Source: Lytechinus pictus (taxonomy: Eukaryota). From it: a stretch of 64,000 nt of DNA. Below the pieces are notes generated by a model that was given only the letters and a program-made list of their open reading frames with translations, did no database searches and had not been told where the DNA came from. Location of the stretch: NCBI RefSeq assembly GCF_037042905.1, contig NC_087245.1:41478001-41542000 (forward strand), given 5' to 3'. The translations under genes and the position numbers were made by a program. This document shows, piece by piece, positions 63,154 through 64,000 of this stretch (the first letter of the stretch is position 1; the number at the start of each line of letters is the position of its first letter).

Positions 63154-63765
63154 TTAAAGGACAAGTCCACCCCAACAAAAAGCTGATTTGAATAGAAAGA
63201 GAAAAATCAAACATGAATAACGCTGAAAACTTCATCAAAATCGGATGTAGAATAATAAAGTTATGACATTTTAAAGTTTCGCTTATTTTTAACAAAATAG
63301 TTATATGAACGAGCCAGTTACATCCAAATTAGAGAGTCGATGATGTCACTCACTCACTATTTCTTTTGTTTTTTTATTGTTTGAATTATACAATATTTCA
63401 ATTTTTATGAATTTGACAATTAGGACCCCCTTGCTTGAACCACAAAATGTTAAAATAATGGAATTCCATGTGTTCAGGGAGGAATTAAACTTTGCTTCAC
63501 ATGACAGTGACGAGAAAATCAAAATATTTCATATTTCATATAATAAAATACAAAAGAAATAGTGAGTGGGTGATGTCATCGGTTCCCTCATTTGCATACC
63601 GAACAGGGTGTGCATATAACTGTTTTGTGAAATTAAGCGAAACTTTGAAATGTCATAACTTTTTTATTTTACATCCGATTTTGATGAAATTTTCAGTGTT
63701 ATGCTTGTTTGATTTTTCTCTTTCTATTCAAATCAGCTTTTTGTTAGGGTGGACTTGTCCTTTAA
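63154..63765 (+). mobile_element. MITE family A, subfamily with symmetric AGGACAAG ends
   Basis: TTAA TSDs; AGGACAAGTCCACCC...GGGTGGACTTGTCCT. Confidence 0.9.
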
Positions 63766-64000
63766 CAAGTCAATCTGTTTTTGATGGAGATCCGTATATT
63801 GATCTGGTGTGAAGCTTACAGCCCTCGCTGGCAGGTCAATTTTCAGATTTAGGTTATGCCACAGCTATGATTAATGGCTCCCACAAGTTTTGGCTTGGTA
63901 CTCTGAAGCAATGACATACATGTTTGGATAATTGAGATGAATTGGGATTGCATCTCATGACTGAATGGATTCAATGTTTGCCTATATTCATGTTGTTAAA

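Overview
AT-rich eukaryotic genomic DNA, most likely from a sea urchin or another invertebrate deuterostome (inferred from the repeat types: Deu-type SINE, pearl/Tsp-like elements, Kolobok/T2 MITEs). Most of the window is the 5' half of one minus-strand gene, an extracellular heparan-sulfate 6-O-endosulfatase (Sulf, ortholog of SULF1/SULF2). I reconstructed five coding exons with GT-AG boundaries that join in frame: 52448-52226, 51554-51312, 28747-28597, 27778-27608 and 4696-4546 (313 codons). They encode a signal peptide, the TDDQD metal site and the CCPSR formylglycine motif. The remaining exons must lie beyond position 1. Introns alternate short and long (671, 22564, 818, 22911 bp). They and the upstream region hold many non-autonomous elements: four TTAA-AGG Kolobok/T2-type MITE families, CWG-target Harbinger-type MITEs, two satellite-carrying Helentron/pearl-like elements, tRNA-derived SINEs, an L2/CR1-type LINE 3' fragment, a minisatellite and microsatellites. 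I found no prokaryotic system, CRISPR array or second protein-coding gene. The best leads are an apparent 1-nt intron slide relative to vertebrate SULF genes, covarying substitutions between the two arms of the MITEs, a three-element nest that creates a chimeric ATG-initiated ORF, TE-borne perfect DR1 nuclear-receptor sites, and a minisatellite rich in splice signals just behind exon 4.
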